Of a stretch of DNA of 64,000 bases, positions 45,868-55,313 are shown piece by piece. This stretch comes from Deltaproteobacteria bacterium (lineage in GTDB: Bacteria > Myxococcota_A > UBA9160 > SMWR01). The notes under the pieces are model-generated. The model saw only the letters and a program-made list of their open reading frames with translations. It was not told the DNA's origin and did no database searches. Numbering within the stretch: the stretch's first letter is position 1; every line of letters starts with the position of its first letter. The stretch lies in NCBI GenBank assembly GCA_019310425.1, contig JAFDEI010000002.1:3101-67100 (forward strand), read 5' to 3'. A program made the position numbers and the translations under genes.

Positions 45868-46913
45868 TGACTTTCCTCCTGTTCTGCGGCGTCGACCTCG
45901 TCGAGCGCAGTCGATACCGCGCGCAACAATGCATCCAGGCCTTCGCCGGTCACGCCGGACACATATTGCAACTCGATGCCGCGGCGCGCGAATTCCCGCT
46001 CGGTGGAAGCCAAGGCGTCGCGGTCGGCTACCAGGTCGAGCTTGTTCAAGACGACGATCTCCCGCCGATCCAGTAGCTCTGTTTCGAAGCTGCCGAGTTC
46101 ATTGCGAATCGAATCATAGGCGCCGACGAGGTCGCGTCCCTCCAGGACCGCGGCTCCCGCGTCGATCAGGTGCACGAGCACGCGCGTGCGTTCGATGTGG
46201 CGCAGGAACTGTGCGCCGAGTCCCGCTCCACCGCTGGCGCCTTCGATCAGCCCCGGGATGTCGGCGACAACGAAGCGCCGTTCGCCTACCTCGGCCACGC
46301 CCAGCGCGGGAATCAGCGTGGTGAAGGGGTAGGCGGCGATTCGCGGCCGCGCGCCCGAGATGCGAGACAGCAGCGTCGACTTGCCCGCGTTCGGGAATCC
46401 CACCAGGCCGACATCGGCGAGCATCTTGAGCGATAGGCGGAGCTCGCGGATCTGCCCGGGCTGCCCGCGCTCGGCGAAGTCCGGTGCCTGGCGGGTGGAG
46501 GTCGTGAATCGCGAGTTGCCACGCCCGCCGCGCCCGCCCTTGCCGACGATGGTCGATTCGCCGTCGTGGTCGAGGTCGGCAAGCAGCAGTTCGCCGCCTT
46601 CGGCGCCGGTGTCGTAGACGAGTGTGCCGACCGGAACGGGAATGATGCTGTCCACGCCACGGCGGCCGGTCTTGTTGCTGCCTCCGCCCGGGATACCGGA
46701 CTCGGCGCGGTTGACCCTGACGATCTTCTGTTCGTTCAGCGTTGCGAGATTGCGATCGGCGATGACGATCACGTTGCCGCCGCGTCCGCCATCGCCGCCG
46801 TTCGGGCCGCCGAACGGTGCGAATTTCTCGCGTCGAAAGCTCACCAGGCCGTCGCCACCGTCTCCGGCGTAGATGGCGATCGCCAGCTCATCGATGAACG
46901 CTTCTCGACTCAT
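45855..46913 (-). CDS. obg: GTPase Obg/CgtA
   Basis: FIDELAIAIYAGDGGDGLVSFRREKF, glycine-rich Obg fold, and G domain GFPNAGKSTLL, DIPGLIEGA, NKLD. Confidence 0.9.
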   Translation of the reverse strand: MSREAFIDELAIAIYAGDGGDGLVSFRREKFAPFGGPNGGDGGRGGNVIVIADRNLATLNEQKIVRVNRAESGIPGGGSNKTGRRGVDSIIPVPVGTLVYDTGAEGGELLLADLDHDGESTIVGKGGRGGRGNSRFTTSTRQAPDFAERGQPGQIRELRLSLKMLADVGLVGFPNAGKSTLLSRISGARPRIAAYPFTTLIPALGVAEVGERRFVVADIPGLIEGASGGAGLGAQFLRHIERTRVLVHLIDAGAAVLEGRDLVGAYDSIRNELGSFETELLDRREIVVLNKLDLVADRDALASTEREFARRGIELQYVSGVTGEGLDALLRAVSTALDEVDAAEQEESQCGS

Positions 46914-46966
46914 GGCCGGGCCCCCGGAGCGGGGGAGGGAGTCGCGCGTCCGCGCGACCTGCGAAT

Positions 46967-47155
46967 TCAGCTCGCTGTTTCGACGCGCGCGGTCCTGCGA
47001 CCGCGAGACTTGGGATAGCTGACGACACCGTCGGCCTTCGCGAACAGGGTGTAGTCCTTGCCCAGCCCGACGTTGGAACCAGGGTGGATCGTCGTGCCGA
47101 CCTGGCGAACGAGGATTGCCCCCGCCTTCACCGTCTGGCCACCGAAGACCTTCAT
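46967..47155 (-). CDS. rpmA: 50S ribosomal protein L27 homologue; the only canonical start gives an N-terminally truncated 62-aa product
   Basis: [39 protein letters not shown] matches the L27 core. ATG 47155 overlaps the rplU stop (ATGA). L27-like residues ([10 protein letters not shown]) continue upstream in frame without any ATG, GTG or TTG. Confidence 0.7.
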   Translation of the reverse strand: MKVFGGQTVKAGAILVRQVGTTIHPGSNVGLGKDYTLFAKADGVVSYPKSRGRRTARVETAS

Positions 47156-47478
47156 CCCGCGTCGCTGCCCGTTGCTGTCGCGACTCGGACCTCGGTGTAG
47201 TACTGCCGATGTCCGGCCTTTCGCCGATATCCCTTGCGTCGCTTCATCTTGAAAACGACGATCTTGTCAGCGCGGTCCTGTGCGGTGATGGTGCCCAGCA
47301 CCTTCGCGCCGTCGACGAGCGGCTGACCTATGCGCGGGTCGCCTTCACCGCCGACGAGCAGGACTTCGTTCAATTCGATCTTGTCGCCGACCGCGCCTTC
47401 GAGCTTCTCGATGCGAACGGCCTCGCCGGGTGCAACCCGGACTTGTTTTCCACCTGTGCGAACCACGGCGTACATCAC
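47152..47478 (-). CDS. rplU: 50S ribosomal protein L21
   Basis: [14 protein letters not shown]...[23 protein letters not shown]. Confidence 0.9.
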   Translation of the reverse strand: MMYAVVRTGGKQVRVAPGEAVRIEKLEGAVGDKIELNEVLLVGGEGDPRIGQPLVDGAKVLGTITAQDRADKIVVFKMKRRKGYRRKAGHRQYYTEVRVATATGSDAG

Positions 47479-49487
47479 GACTCCTCACGCTCTACGGAAC
47501 CGGGCAGTATCGGGCTTTCCGCTTCCACGTCAAGCATTTCCGCAATGGGAGCCGCCGCCAGAGCCAAATCTCTCGCGGCTTCCGGTTTCGGCTCTTCCCG
47601 CTCCGGTTCCGGGGTGGTCGCGCTGGCATCCCCCTGGGGACCCATCGCTTCGCCCGGAGCGGGCCCGTCGACTTCGGGGGCTTCGGCTTCGGCCTCGGGC
47701 GATTCGGGTGCATCCGCCTCGACCGCGACTTTCACGGCAGCGAGTTCCGCGGTGGCAGTGGCGCCCTGCGCCGGAGGCTCGTCGGCCCCTGCTTCGGGTG
47801 CGGATGCTTCGGCCCCGGCTTCGAGTGCTTCAGCTGCAATCGCCAAGACGGCGGTTTCGGGCTGCAGCTCGGCGTCGCTCGTCCCGGTCTGCTCCGGTGC
47901 GCCGACGGGTACCTCGGCTTCGGGCTTCCGCTCCTGGAGCCAGCTCAGTTCGAGCGAGACCGGCGGCCCGTCGCCGAGCGCGACGACGTCGAACTGCTCC
48001 TGGTGGAGGCCGGGACGCGCGCGGATCTCGATCTCGCGCCCGAGTTCCACGGCGAGGTCGGCCTGCGCGCGGTGGGCGGGACCGAGCAACACCTGGGCGA
48101 CGCGTGGGTTCACCGAAACGGCGATCGAACGGCCGCAGAAGCGAGGCAGGTCCTTGCGAATCTCGCGCAGCACCTTGAAGGCGACGCTCTCGGCCGACAG
48201 CACGTAGCCACGGCCCTCGCAGTAGCCGCACGGCTCACACAGCATCTGCACGAGGTTTTCACGCGTGCGTTTGCGGGTCATCTCGACCAGGCCGAGCTCG
48301 GAAATCTTGAGGATGTTGGTCCGCGCCTTGTCCTGGCGGAGTGCGTCCTGGAGCGCGCGGTAGACCTTCTCACGGTTCGCTGCGGATTCCATGTCGATCA
48401 GGTCGATGATGATCAGGCCACCGATGTTGCGGAAGCGGAGCTGATTCACGACCTCCTTGACGGCTTCGAGGTTGGTCTTGAGGACCGTCTCTTCGAGATC
48501 ACGCTTGCCCACGTAACGGCCGGTATTGACGTCGATCGCGGTCAAGGCCTCGCTCTGATCGACGATCAGGTAGCCGCCGGACTTGAGCCAGGCCTTCTTG
48601 CCGAGGTTGTCGTCGATCGTCGACTCGAGCTCGAAGTGGTCGAAGATCGGTGCGGCACCCTGGTAGTGATCGAGTTTGGGCTTCGGGTCGGCGACGAAAC
48701 GAGACAAGAAGTCGCTCATCTCCTCGTAGACCGCGTCGCTGTCGATCGTGATCTTCTTCGTCTTCGAGTTCGAGAAGTCGCGGATCACGCGCAGCGGCAG
48801 TGACAACTCGGTGTAGAGCACGCCGGGCGCGGACGCGCGCTCCTTGCGGAACTGGATGTCGTCCCAGACGGAGGTGAGGTACTTCACGTCGGCTTCGAGA
48901 TCGGCCTGGCTCGCGCCCTCGCCCGCGGTCCGGATGATGAAGCCGAGGTCTGCGGGCTTCATCTTCGTGACGATTTCGCGGAGCCGGCGCCGTTCACGGT
49001 CGCTGTCGATCCGGCGCGACACGCCTACGCGGCGCGCCCACGGAGTGAGCACGAGGTGGCGTCCCGCGATCGAGAGGTGGGAAGTGATGCGGGCGCCCTT
49101 GGTACCAATCGGCTCCTTGGCGACTTGGACCACGATCTCCTGCCCTTCCTTGAGCAGCTTCTCGATCTTCGGCAGCGGTTGCCGCTGAGTGCCGCGCCGG
49201 CCACGTCGCGGCCGCGGCGAATCCTCGTCGTCGTCGCTATCAGAGGCGCCGTTGGTGGAGCCGTCGAAGTAATCGCCGACGTAGAGGAAGGCCGCCTTCT
49301 CCAGGCCGATGTCGACGAACGCGGCCTGCATGCCGGGCAGCACCCGCGTCACTTTGCCGAGCACGACCATGCCGCCGACGCTGCGGTCGCTATCGCGTTC
49401 GAGGTGGAGTTCGTGGAAGGTCCCGTGTTCCATGAGCGCGACACGGGTTTCGCCCGCGCTCGCGTTGATGATGATCTCGTTGGGCAT
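47475..49487 (-). CDS. Ribonuclease E/G-family endoribonuclease with Ala/Glu/Pro-rich C-terminal extension
   Basis: 670 aa. S1 domain (GKVTRVLPGMQAAFVDIG), catalytic region (IDVNTGRYVG, GGLIIIDLIDM), Zn-link (CEPCGYCEGRG). Confidence 0.85.
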   Translation of the reverse strand: MPNEIIINASAGETRVALMEHGTFHELHLERDSDRSVGGMVVLGKVTRVLPGMQAAFVDIGLEKAAFLYVGDYFDGSTNGASDSDDDEDSPRPRRGRRGTQRQPLPKIEKLLKEGQEIVVQVAKEPIGTKGARITSHLSIAGRHLVLTPWARRVGVSRRIDSDRERRRLREIVTKMKPADLGFIIRTAGEGASQADLEADVKYLTSVWDDIQFRKERASAPGVLYTELSLPLRVIRDFSNSKTKKITIDSDAVYEEMSDFLSRFVADPKPKLDHYQGAAPIFDHFELESTIDDNLGKKAWLKSGGYLIVDQSEALTAIDVNTGRYVGKRDLEETVLKTNLEAVKEVVNQLRFRNIGGLIIIDLIDMESAANREKVYRALQDALRQDKARTNILKISELGLVEMTRKRTRENLVQMLCEPCGYCEGRGYVLSAESVAFKVLREIRKDLPRFCGRSIAVSVNPRVAQVLLGPAHRAQADLAVELGREIEIRARPGLHQEQFDVVALGDGPPVSLELSWLQERKPEAEVPVGAPEQTGTSDAELQPETAVLAIAAEALEAGAEASAPEAGADEPPAQGATATAELAAVKVAVEADAPESPEAEAEAPEVDGPAPGEAMGPQGDASATTPEPEREEPKPEAARDLALAAAPIAEMLDVEAESPILPGSVEREES

Positions 49488-49934
49488 CTATTTTTCCGGC
49501 CCGGAGTCGAGGTTGCTCCCCTCGGGAAACAGAACCCCGCTCTCCCAGCGTTGGCGAGCCGCGTCACGATCGTTGGTGGGACCGGCGGGGCCTTACGGCT
49601 CCGCCGATGGCGGGGTTAGCGCGGATCCGACTCCAAGCCTTCGACAGGTTGGGCCAGATGGACGGGGGTGATCCCTAATGCCCCGAAAACACGATCAAAA
49701 ATCTCGACTCGCACAGTAATTCTCTCAACGGTGCTGCCTGGCAATTCCACTTTCCGAGCCCCGTGCAGCACCCCGCCGCGCGTCCGTCTCGTTTCGTGGA
49801 CCACGGGACCGCTCGCTCGAGGTTGCCGAAATCGTGATCCGCCCCTCACATCGAGGCGAGAATCGGCGAGAATGGGTGTTCCCTCGTGAGAGCGGGCCTC
49901 ACAGGCCCGCACCAGTAAACTTGAAGAGAAAGTC

Positions 49935-51353
49935 ATGGATTCCAACGCCCAGGTCAAGACCGATCCCAGACGGGCCCTACCGTCCGTCGAGAGACTCGTG
50001 CGGGAACTTCTGGCCGATTACCCCGAACTACCGGCCTGGGCCCTCCAGGCGGCGGCTCGTGAGGCGCTGAACGCCGCCCGGGAGCGTTTCTCGGCCGCTG
50101 GGGGCGCTTCCGAGGTCCGGCTTCCGAGCCCCGCGGAGCTCACCGCCCAGGTCGCCGCCGGGGCCGAGCGGATCGCGACGGGGCACCCACGACGTGTGGT
50201 GAACGCGACGGGAATCCCATTGCATACGAATCTGGGCCGCGCTCCGCTGGCCGCTGGAGCTGCCGCGGCGGTGGCCGAGGTCGCGGCGGGCTACAGCGAC
50301 CTCGAGCTCGATCTCACGACCGGGCGCCGAGGCGACCGCCTGGCCGCGCTGACGGCAAAGCTGATGCTCCTCACCGGAGCCGAAGCCGCGCTCGCGGTCA
50401 ACAACAACGCAGCGGCTTTGTTGCTGGCTCTCGAAACACTCGCGCGCGGGCGCGAGGTGATCGTTTCGCGCGGTGAGCTGGTCGAGATCGGCGGGTCGTT
50501 CCGAGTGCCCGAGATCATGGAACGCGCCGGCGTGAAGCTCGTCGAAGTCGGCGCCACCAACCGCACCCACGCGGCCGATTACGAGCGTGCGATCGGCCCC
50601 GAGACCGCGCTGCTACTGAAGGTTCATCGCAGCAACTTCGAGCAGACCGGCTTCGTGGCGGAGGTCGGGTTGGCAGAACTGGCCGAGGTCGCGGGCCGCC
50701 ACGCCTTGCCGGTGCTCGAGGATCTCGGTAGCGGAACGCTGGTCGATCTTTCGCGCCGGGGCCTCCCGGCCGAGGCGTTCGCGCCGGCGCGTCTTCGGTT
50801 GGGCGCGGACCTGGTGTGCTTCTCGGGCGACAAGCTGCTGGGCGGCCCGCAGGCGGGCATCGTGCTGGGCGCTGCGGATCCGTTGCTGCGGATGCGCCGC
50901 AACCCGCTCGCGCGTGCGCTGCGGTTGGACAAGCTCTCGCTTGCGGCGCTCGATTGGACGCTCGGCTGCTACCTGGACGGTCGCGCGGAGCGCGAGATTC
51001 CGGTACTGCAGCAGATTCTCGAGTCCGCTCCGCGCCTCGAGGCCCGCGCGCGCGCGCTGGCGGCGCGCCTTGCGAAGGTCGTCGGTGAGGGCGATCGCGT
51101 CGAGGTCTCACCGGACCGCGCGTTCGTGGGTGGCGGCTCGCTGCCGGGCTTCGAGCTCGACACCTGGGTCGTGGCGATCCGAACCACCGTCTCGGCCGAG
51201 AGCGTTGCGGCGCGGCTCCGGCAGGCGACCCCGGCCGTGCTTGCCCGCGTCCGCGACGATCTCGTGATCTTCGACGTGCGGACGCTGCTCGACGGTGAGG
51301 AAGCGGCGCTCGAGGCGGCGGTGGACGGGATTTTCGCTGCGGGTTCACCATGA
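49935..51353 (+). CDS. selA: L-seryl-tRNA(Sec) selenium transferase
   Basis: 472 aa. PSVERLV, NATGIPLHTNLGRAPL, VNNNAAALLL, FSGDKLLGGPQAGI (PLP-Lys). Confidence 0.85.
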   Translation: MDSNAQVKTDPRRALPSVERLVRELLADYPELPAWALQAAAREALNAARERFSAAGGASEVRLPSPAELTAQVAAGAERIATGHPRRVVNATGIPLHTNLGRAPLAAGAAAAVAEVAAGYSDLELDLTTGRRGDRLAALTAKLMLLTGAEAALAVNNNAAALLLALETLARGREVIVSRGELVEIGGSFRVPEIMERAGVKLVEVGATNRTHAADYERAIGPETALLLKVHRSNFEQTGFVAEVGLAELAEVAGRHALPVLEDLGSGTLVDLSRRGLPAEAFAPARLRLGADLVCFSGDKLLGGPQAGIVLGAADPLLRMRRNPLARALRLDKLSLAALDWTLGCYLDGRAEREIPVLQQILESAPRLEARARALAARLAKVVGEGDRVEVSPDRAFVGGGSLPGFELDTWVVAIRTTVSAESVAARLRQATPAVLARVRDDLVIFDVRTLLDGEEAALEAAVDGIFAAGSP

Positions 51354-51428
51354 GTGTGAGCATCTCGCCATGAGCGTCAGGCTTTCGTTGATTGCCGTCT
51401 GCCCATCGCTTAGGATCGGACCGTTCAA

Positions 51429-52025
51429 ATGCTGAACTCGAGTGTCCTGGTTCTCAATCGCTCGTACCTGCCGATCCACGTGACCTCGGCTCGTCGTGCT
51501 TTTGCGATGATCTTCCAGGACCTCGCCTGCGTGGTGAACGAACATTACGAGACATTCGACTTCGAGGGCTGGCGGCGGATTCGTGCGACCGGCGGTTGTG
51601 ACGTGATCGGCACGCCGAGCGGTGCTATCCGTGTGCCACGGGTGATCGTGTTGTGCGTATTCGATCGAGTTCCGAAACGGCACGTGCGCTACAGCCGCGC
51701 GAATATCTTCACACGCGACAAATTCACGTGTCAGTATTGCGGTGAACGTCCGGGCCGTTCGGAGCTGAACCTCGACCATGTCATCCCGCGATCGCTCGGT
51801 GGGCGAACTTCATGGGAGAACGTCGTGTGCAGCTGTGTCGGATGCAATCGCCGCAAGGGTGGGCGAACGCCCGAGCAGGCGCGTCTGCCCCTGAAGCGAC
51901 AGCCCGCACGGCCGCGTTGGACGCCGCTCATGAATCTGTCCGTGACCGGAGCCCGTTACGAAGAGTGGCGCCCCTTTCTACACGTGATCGGCGACCGATC
52001 GAACTCGGCGCAGATCGCGAGCTGA
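51429..52025 (+). CDS. HNH endonuclease-family protein
   Basis: CQYCGERPGRSELNLDHVIPRSLGGRTSWENVVCSCVGCNRRKG is an HNH/zinc-finger motif. Confidence 0.7.
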   Translation: MLNSSVLVLNRSYLPIHVTSARRAFAMIFQDLACVVNEHYETFDFEGWRRIRATGGCDVIGTPSGAIRVPRVIVLCVFDRVPKRHVRYSRANIFTRDKFTCQYCGERPGRSELNLDHVIPRSLGGRTSWENVVCSCVGCNRRKGGRTPEQARLPLKRQPARPRWTPLMNLSVTGARYEEWRPFLHVIGDRSNSAQIAS

Positions 52026-52089
52026 TCGCGGCGGGCAGTAGCGAGTCAGCGTCAATCCAGGCAGCGAGAAATCCAGGAGGGAAGTGAAG

Positions 52090-53025
52090 ATGGGGTCGGG
52101 CTCGTCGCTATCGCCGGGGCCTCGGATGATTCCCGTCGGCGGCGGGAAGGGCGGCGTCGGCAAGAGCTTCGTGGTTGCCAACCTGGCGGTCGTGCTGGCG
52201 CGCAGCGGCAGGCGTGTGATTGCGGTCGATGGCGATCTCGAGGGCGCGAACCTCCACACGTGTCTCGGGGTTCCCGAGCCGCGAAACAGCCTTGCCGATT
52301 TCGTCGCATACCGCGAAGACGAACTCGAAAAACTGCTCGTCGATACACCGATCCCGAACCTCCAGTTCATCGCCGCAACCCACGGCAACCTCGCGACACC
52401 GCAGCCGAGCCATTCGCGTCGTGTCCAGATGCTGCGTGCGCTTCGGCGGCTGCCGGCCGATTTTCTGTTGTTCGATCTCGGCGCCGGGACTCATTCCGCA
52501 GTCATGGACTATTTCATGATTGGCGAAGAGGGCCTGGTCGTCATTGCGCCTGAGCCGACGTCGGTCGAGAATGCCTACTCGTTCATCCGCGCCGCCTTCT
52601 ACCGCCGGCTGCGGCTCGCGATGGTCTCGCACGATATGCGCAAGGTGGTCGCGCTCGCAATGGACCAGCACAACGAGCGCGGGATCCGCACACCACTCGA
52701 TTTGCTGCACGAGATCGAGGCGAGCGATCCGCACGAGGGCAGGCGCTTCATCGAGACGATGAAGTCGTTCCGGCCACGGATCGTGATCAACGACGCGATG
52801 ACAGCGGAAGACGTCAAGCTCGGTTTTTCGATACAGACCGTCTGCCGCAAGTACTTTGGCATCGAGTCCGACTATCTCGGCTACATCAACCACGACGAAA
52901 ATGCACGACAAGCGGTTCGTGAACGACGCCCACTGGTCGACCGCTATCCGCGTTCCGATGCCGCGATCTACATTTCGCGAATCGCCAAGAAACTTGCTGC
53001 GGAGTCCGATTTCGCGCGAACCTAG
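52090..53025 (+). CDS. ParA/MinD-family P-loop ATPase
   Basis: Deviant Walker A GGGKGGVGKS. DGDLEGAN, FDLGAG. An RBS (GGAGGGA) sits upstream. A GTG at 52084 is an alternative start. Confidence 0.75.
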   Translation: MGSGSSLSPGPRMIPVGGGKGGVGKSFVVANLAVVLARSGRRVIAVDGDLEGANLHTCLGVPEPRNSLADFVAYREDELEKLLVDTPIPNLQFIAATHGNLATPQPSHSRRVQMLRALRRLPADFLLFDLGAGTHSAVMDYFMIGEEGLVVIAPEPTSVENAYSFIRAAFYRRLRLAMVSHDMRKVVALAMDQHNERGIRTPLDLLHEIEASDPHEGRRFIETMKSFRPRIVINDAMTAEDVKLGFSIQTVCRKYFGIESDYLGYINHDENARQAVRERRPLVDRYPRSDAAIYISRIAKKLAAESDFART

Positions 53026-53033
53026 AGGCCCCC

Positions 53034-53693
53034 ATGAAGCCTTTGTCCGAACAGAATCACTACGAAATTCTCGAGATCACGAGCGACGCGGCGGTGGCCG
53101 AGATCGAGCGAGCGTTCCGAATGGCGCAGTCGACTTACGCCGACGACTCCCTCGCGGGCTATTCGGTTTTCGGTGAGGGTGAGGCCGCCGCGATCCGCGA
53201 GCGGGTCGAGATCGCCTACCGAGTGCTTTCCGATGCCGAGGCGCGCCTTGCCTACGACGCTGAACTCGGCGGCAGCAGCGCTTCGTCCGGTGTGGAGGCC
53301 GCGAGCGTAGACCCGCAGCTCGAGCCGGTGAGCGTTCTCGACGAGGTCACGATTCCGGTCGAGCCCAGACCGGTGTTCGAGATGGGAGAGCTCGAAGCGC
53401 TCGAGGAAGACGACGGCGAATTCGACGGTGCGCGGTTGCGGCGTTCGCGTCTGCGCTCGGGCATCGAACTCGACGAAATCTCCGGCATCACGAAGATCAC
53501 TCCGACCTATCTGCGCTTCATCGAAGAGGATCGCTACGCCGAATTGCCTGCGCCGGTCTACGTCCGCGGCTTCGTTCGGGCGTACGCGGAATGCGTTGGT
53601 CTCGACTCGACTCGCGTTGCCGCGAGCTATATGAAGAAGTACGAGGCGGACACGGACGCGTCTCCCCGCGGCAGGTTCCTCGGCAGTCGCTGA
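53034..53693 (+). CDS. Protein with degenerate J-like N-domain (no HPD) and RodZ-like HTH C-domain
   Basis: NHYEILEITSDAAVAEIERAFRMAQSTYADDS is J-domain-like, with HPD replaced by ADD. The C-terminal LDEISGITKITPTYLRFIEEDRYAELPAPVYVRGFVRAYA resembles the RodZ/HTH_25 motif. Confidence 0.6.
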   Translation: MKPLSEQNHYEILEITSDAAVAEIERAFRMAQSTYADDSLAGYSVFGEGEAAAIRERVEIAYRVLSDAEARLAYDAELGGSSASSGVEAASVDPQLEPVSVLDEVTIPVEPRPVFEMGELEALEEDDGEFDGARLRRSRLRSGIELDEISGITKITPTYLRFIEEDRYAELPAPVYVRGFVRAYAECVGLDSTRVAASYMKKYEADTDASPRGRFLGSR

Positions 53694-53721
53694 ACCCGTC
53701 GCCCGGCAGCGAAGGGTTGCA

Positions 53722-54645
53722 TTGAAGATCATCATCTCCGAGAGCGAGGAGGGCCAACGCGTCGACTTCGCGTTGGCGGAGCTTGCGGGCATTTCGCGGT
53801 CCCAAGCACAGCGGTGGATCGAATCGGACCTCGTCCGCATCAATGGCCGCTCACCGCGCGCGAGTCGTCGTGTGCGCTGTGGTGATTCGCTCGAGGCGAC
53901 TCCGGCCGAACCCGCGCCGTCGTCGGTTGCGCCCGAAGCGATCCCGCTCTCGGTGCTCTACGAGGACGACGATCTGATCGTGATCGACAAGCCCGCGGGC
54001 CTCGTGGTTCACCCTGCGCCGGGACATCCCGGCGGCACGCTCGTGAATGCATTGCTGCATCACTGTGGGGATCTTGCGGGCGTGGGCGGCGTGCTCCGCC
54101 CGGGTATCGTGCATCGCCTCGACCAGGGAACCTCGGGCGTGATGGTGGCGGCGAAGAATGATGTCGCCCACCGGGTTCTCTCCGAACAATTTCGCGACCA
54201 CAGCATCGAGCGTGAATACCGCGCGCTGGTTCGGGCGCTACCGGGTGCGGACACGGGGCGGGTCGATCAGCCGATCGGCCGGCACCCGCGTGACCGCAAG
54301 CGGATGTCGGTGCGTTCGCACCGAGGTCGCGAGGCCTCGACCGTATGGCGCGTGCTGCGACGTTTTCGCGTCACGGGGCGCAGCTGGCTCGCCGTCCTTC
54401 CCGAGAGCGGCAGGACCCACCAGATCCGGGTGCACCTCGCCGCGGCGGGTATGCCGGTCGTGAGCGACCCCGTCTATGGCCGGTCGCGGCGCGAGCCGCT
54501 CGCGCTCGACCACCCGGCGTTGCACGCGAGTACGCTCGGGTTCGACCACCCTCGCCTCGGGGAGCGGCTCCGTTTCGAGGCACCGCTTCCCGACGATCTC
54601 GCGCAGCTCATCGCGTCACTCGAGGCGCGGGAGGAAGGCGCTTGA
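53722..54645 (+). CDS. rluD: 23S rRNA pseudouridine synthase, RluD subfamily
   Basis: TTG start. S4 domain, HRLDQGTSGVMV (catalytic Asp), GRTHQIRVH. Confidence 0.85.
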   Translation: MKIIISESEEGQRVDFALAELAGISRSQAQRWIESDLVRINGRSPRASRRVRCGDSLEATPAEPAPSSVAPEAIPLSVLYEDDDLIVIDKPAGLVVHPAPGHPGGTLVNALLHHCGDLAGVGGVLRPGIVHRLDQGTSGVMVAAKNDVAHRVLSEQFRDHSIEREYRALVRALPGADTGRVDQPIGRHPRDRKRMSVRSHRGREASTVWRVLRRFRVTGRSWLAVLPESGRTHQIRVHLAAAGMPVVSDPVYGRSRREPLALDHPALHASTLGFDHPRLGERLRFEAPLPDDLAQLIASLEAREEGA

Positions 54646-55313
54646 CGAAGGGCTGGATCCGGCACCCATTGCTCGCTGCCTGCGGCGTAGAGCATGGTTT
54701 CGGACTGCGTGGCGCGAGCCGCGAGGGGCTGCTGCGACCGCGCCAGGTCCATGGTGCGAGGGTCGCGACCGCGGCTGCGTGCGCGGGGCCGAGCCCACCG
54801 GACGCGGATGCGATCATTTCGAAGCTCGCGGGCCAAGCGGTGGCGGTCGTCACCGCCGATTGTGTGCCCATTCTCGTTGCGGCCGCGGACGGCTCGGCGG
54901 TGGCGGCGGTACACGCAGGCTGGCGCGGGCTCGCCGCCGGTGTGATCGGGGTGGGAGTCGCCGCTCTCGGGGAGATGGGGGGCGGCTCGACCTCGCTGGT
55001 CGCGGTCGTGGGCCCGCACATTGGTGCGTGCTGCTACGAGGTGGATCAGCCGGTTCTCGACCGCCTCGGCGACCGCTTCGGCGATTCGCTCGCGAACGCC
55101 GTTCGGCCCACCCGCCCTGGTCACTTCAGGCTCGATCTCGGGGGGCTCTCACGGCTCGCCCTCAGTCTCGCGGGGCTCCGCCCAGCGGCGGTCGGCGAGG
55201 TTTCCGATGCGTGCACTCGCTGCGACGCGGACCGTTTCCATTCCTATAGGCGGGACGGGCCCCGGAGCGGTCGGCTGGTCCACTTCATCGCGGCCCGTGT
55301 GCACGAGGCTTGA
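54642..55313 (+). CDS. pgeF: YfiH/PgeF-family (laccase-domain, DUF152) protein
   Basis: The TTG start overlaps the rluD stop. VTADCVPIL, AVHAGWRG, CCYEV, CTRCD...FHSYRRDG. Confidence 0.8.
   Translation: MTKGWIRHPLLAACGVEHGFGLRGASREGLLRPRQVHGARVATAAACAGPSPPDADAIISKLAGQAVAVVTADCVPILVAAADGSAVAAVHAGWRGLAAGVIGVGVAALGEMGGGSTSLVAVVGPHIGACCYEVDQPVLDRLGDRFGDSLANAVRPTRPGHFRLDLGGLSRLALSLAGLRPAAVGEVSDACTRCDADRFHSYRRDGPRSGRLVHFIAARVHEA

Noticed and set aside
49616-49957. A 113-aa reverse-strand ORF in the rne/selA intergenic region.
   Set aside because: It overlaps the selA start. It has no RBS or motifs and a poor coding-like composition. The region is more plausibly an untranslated leader.
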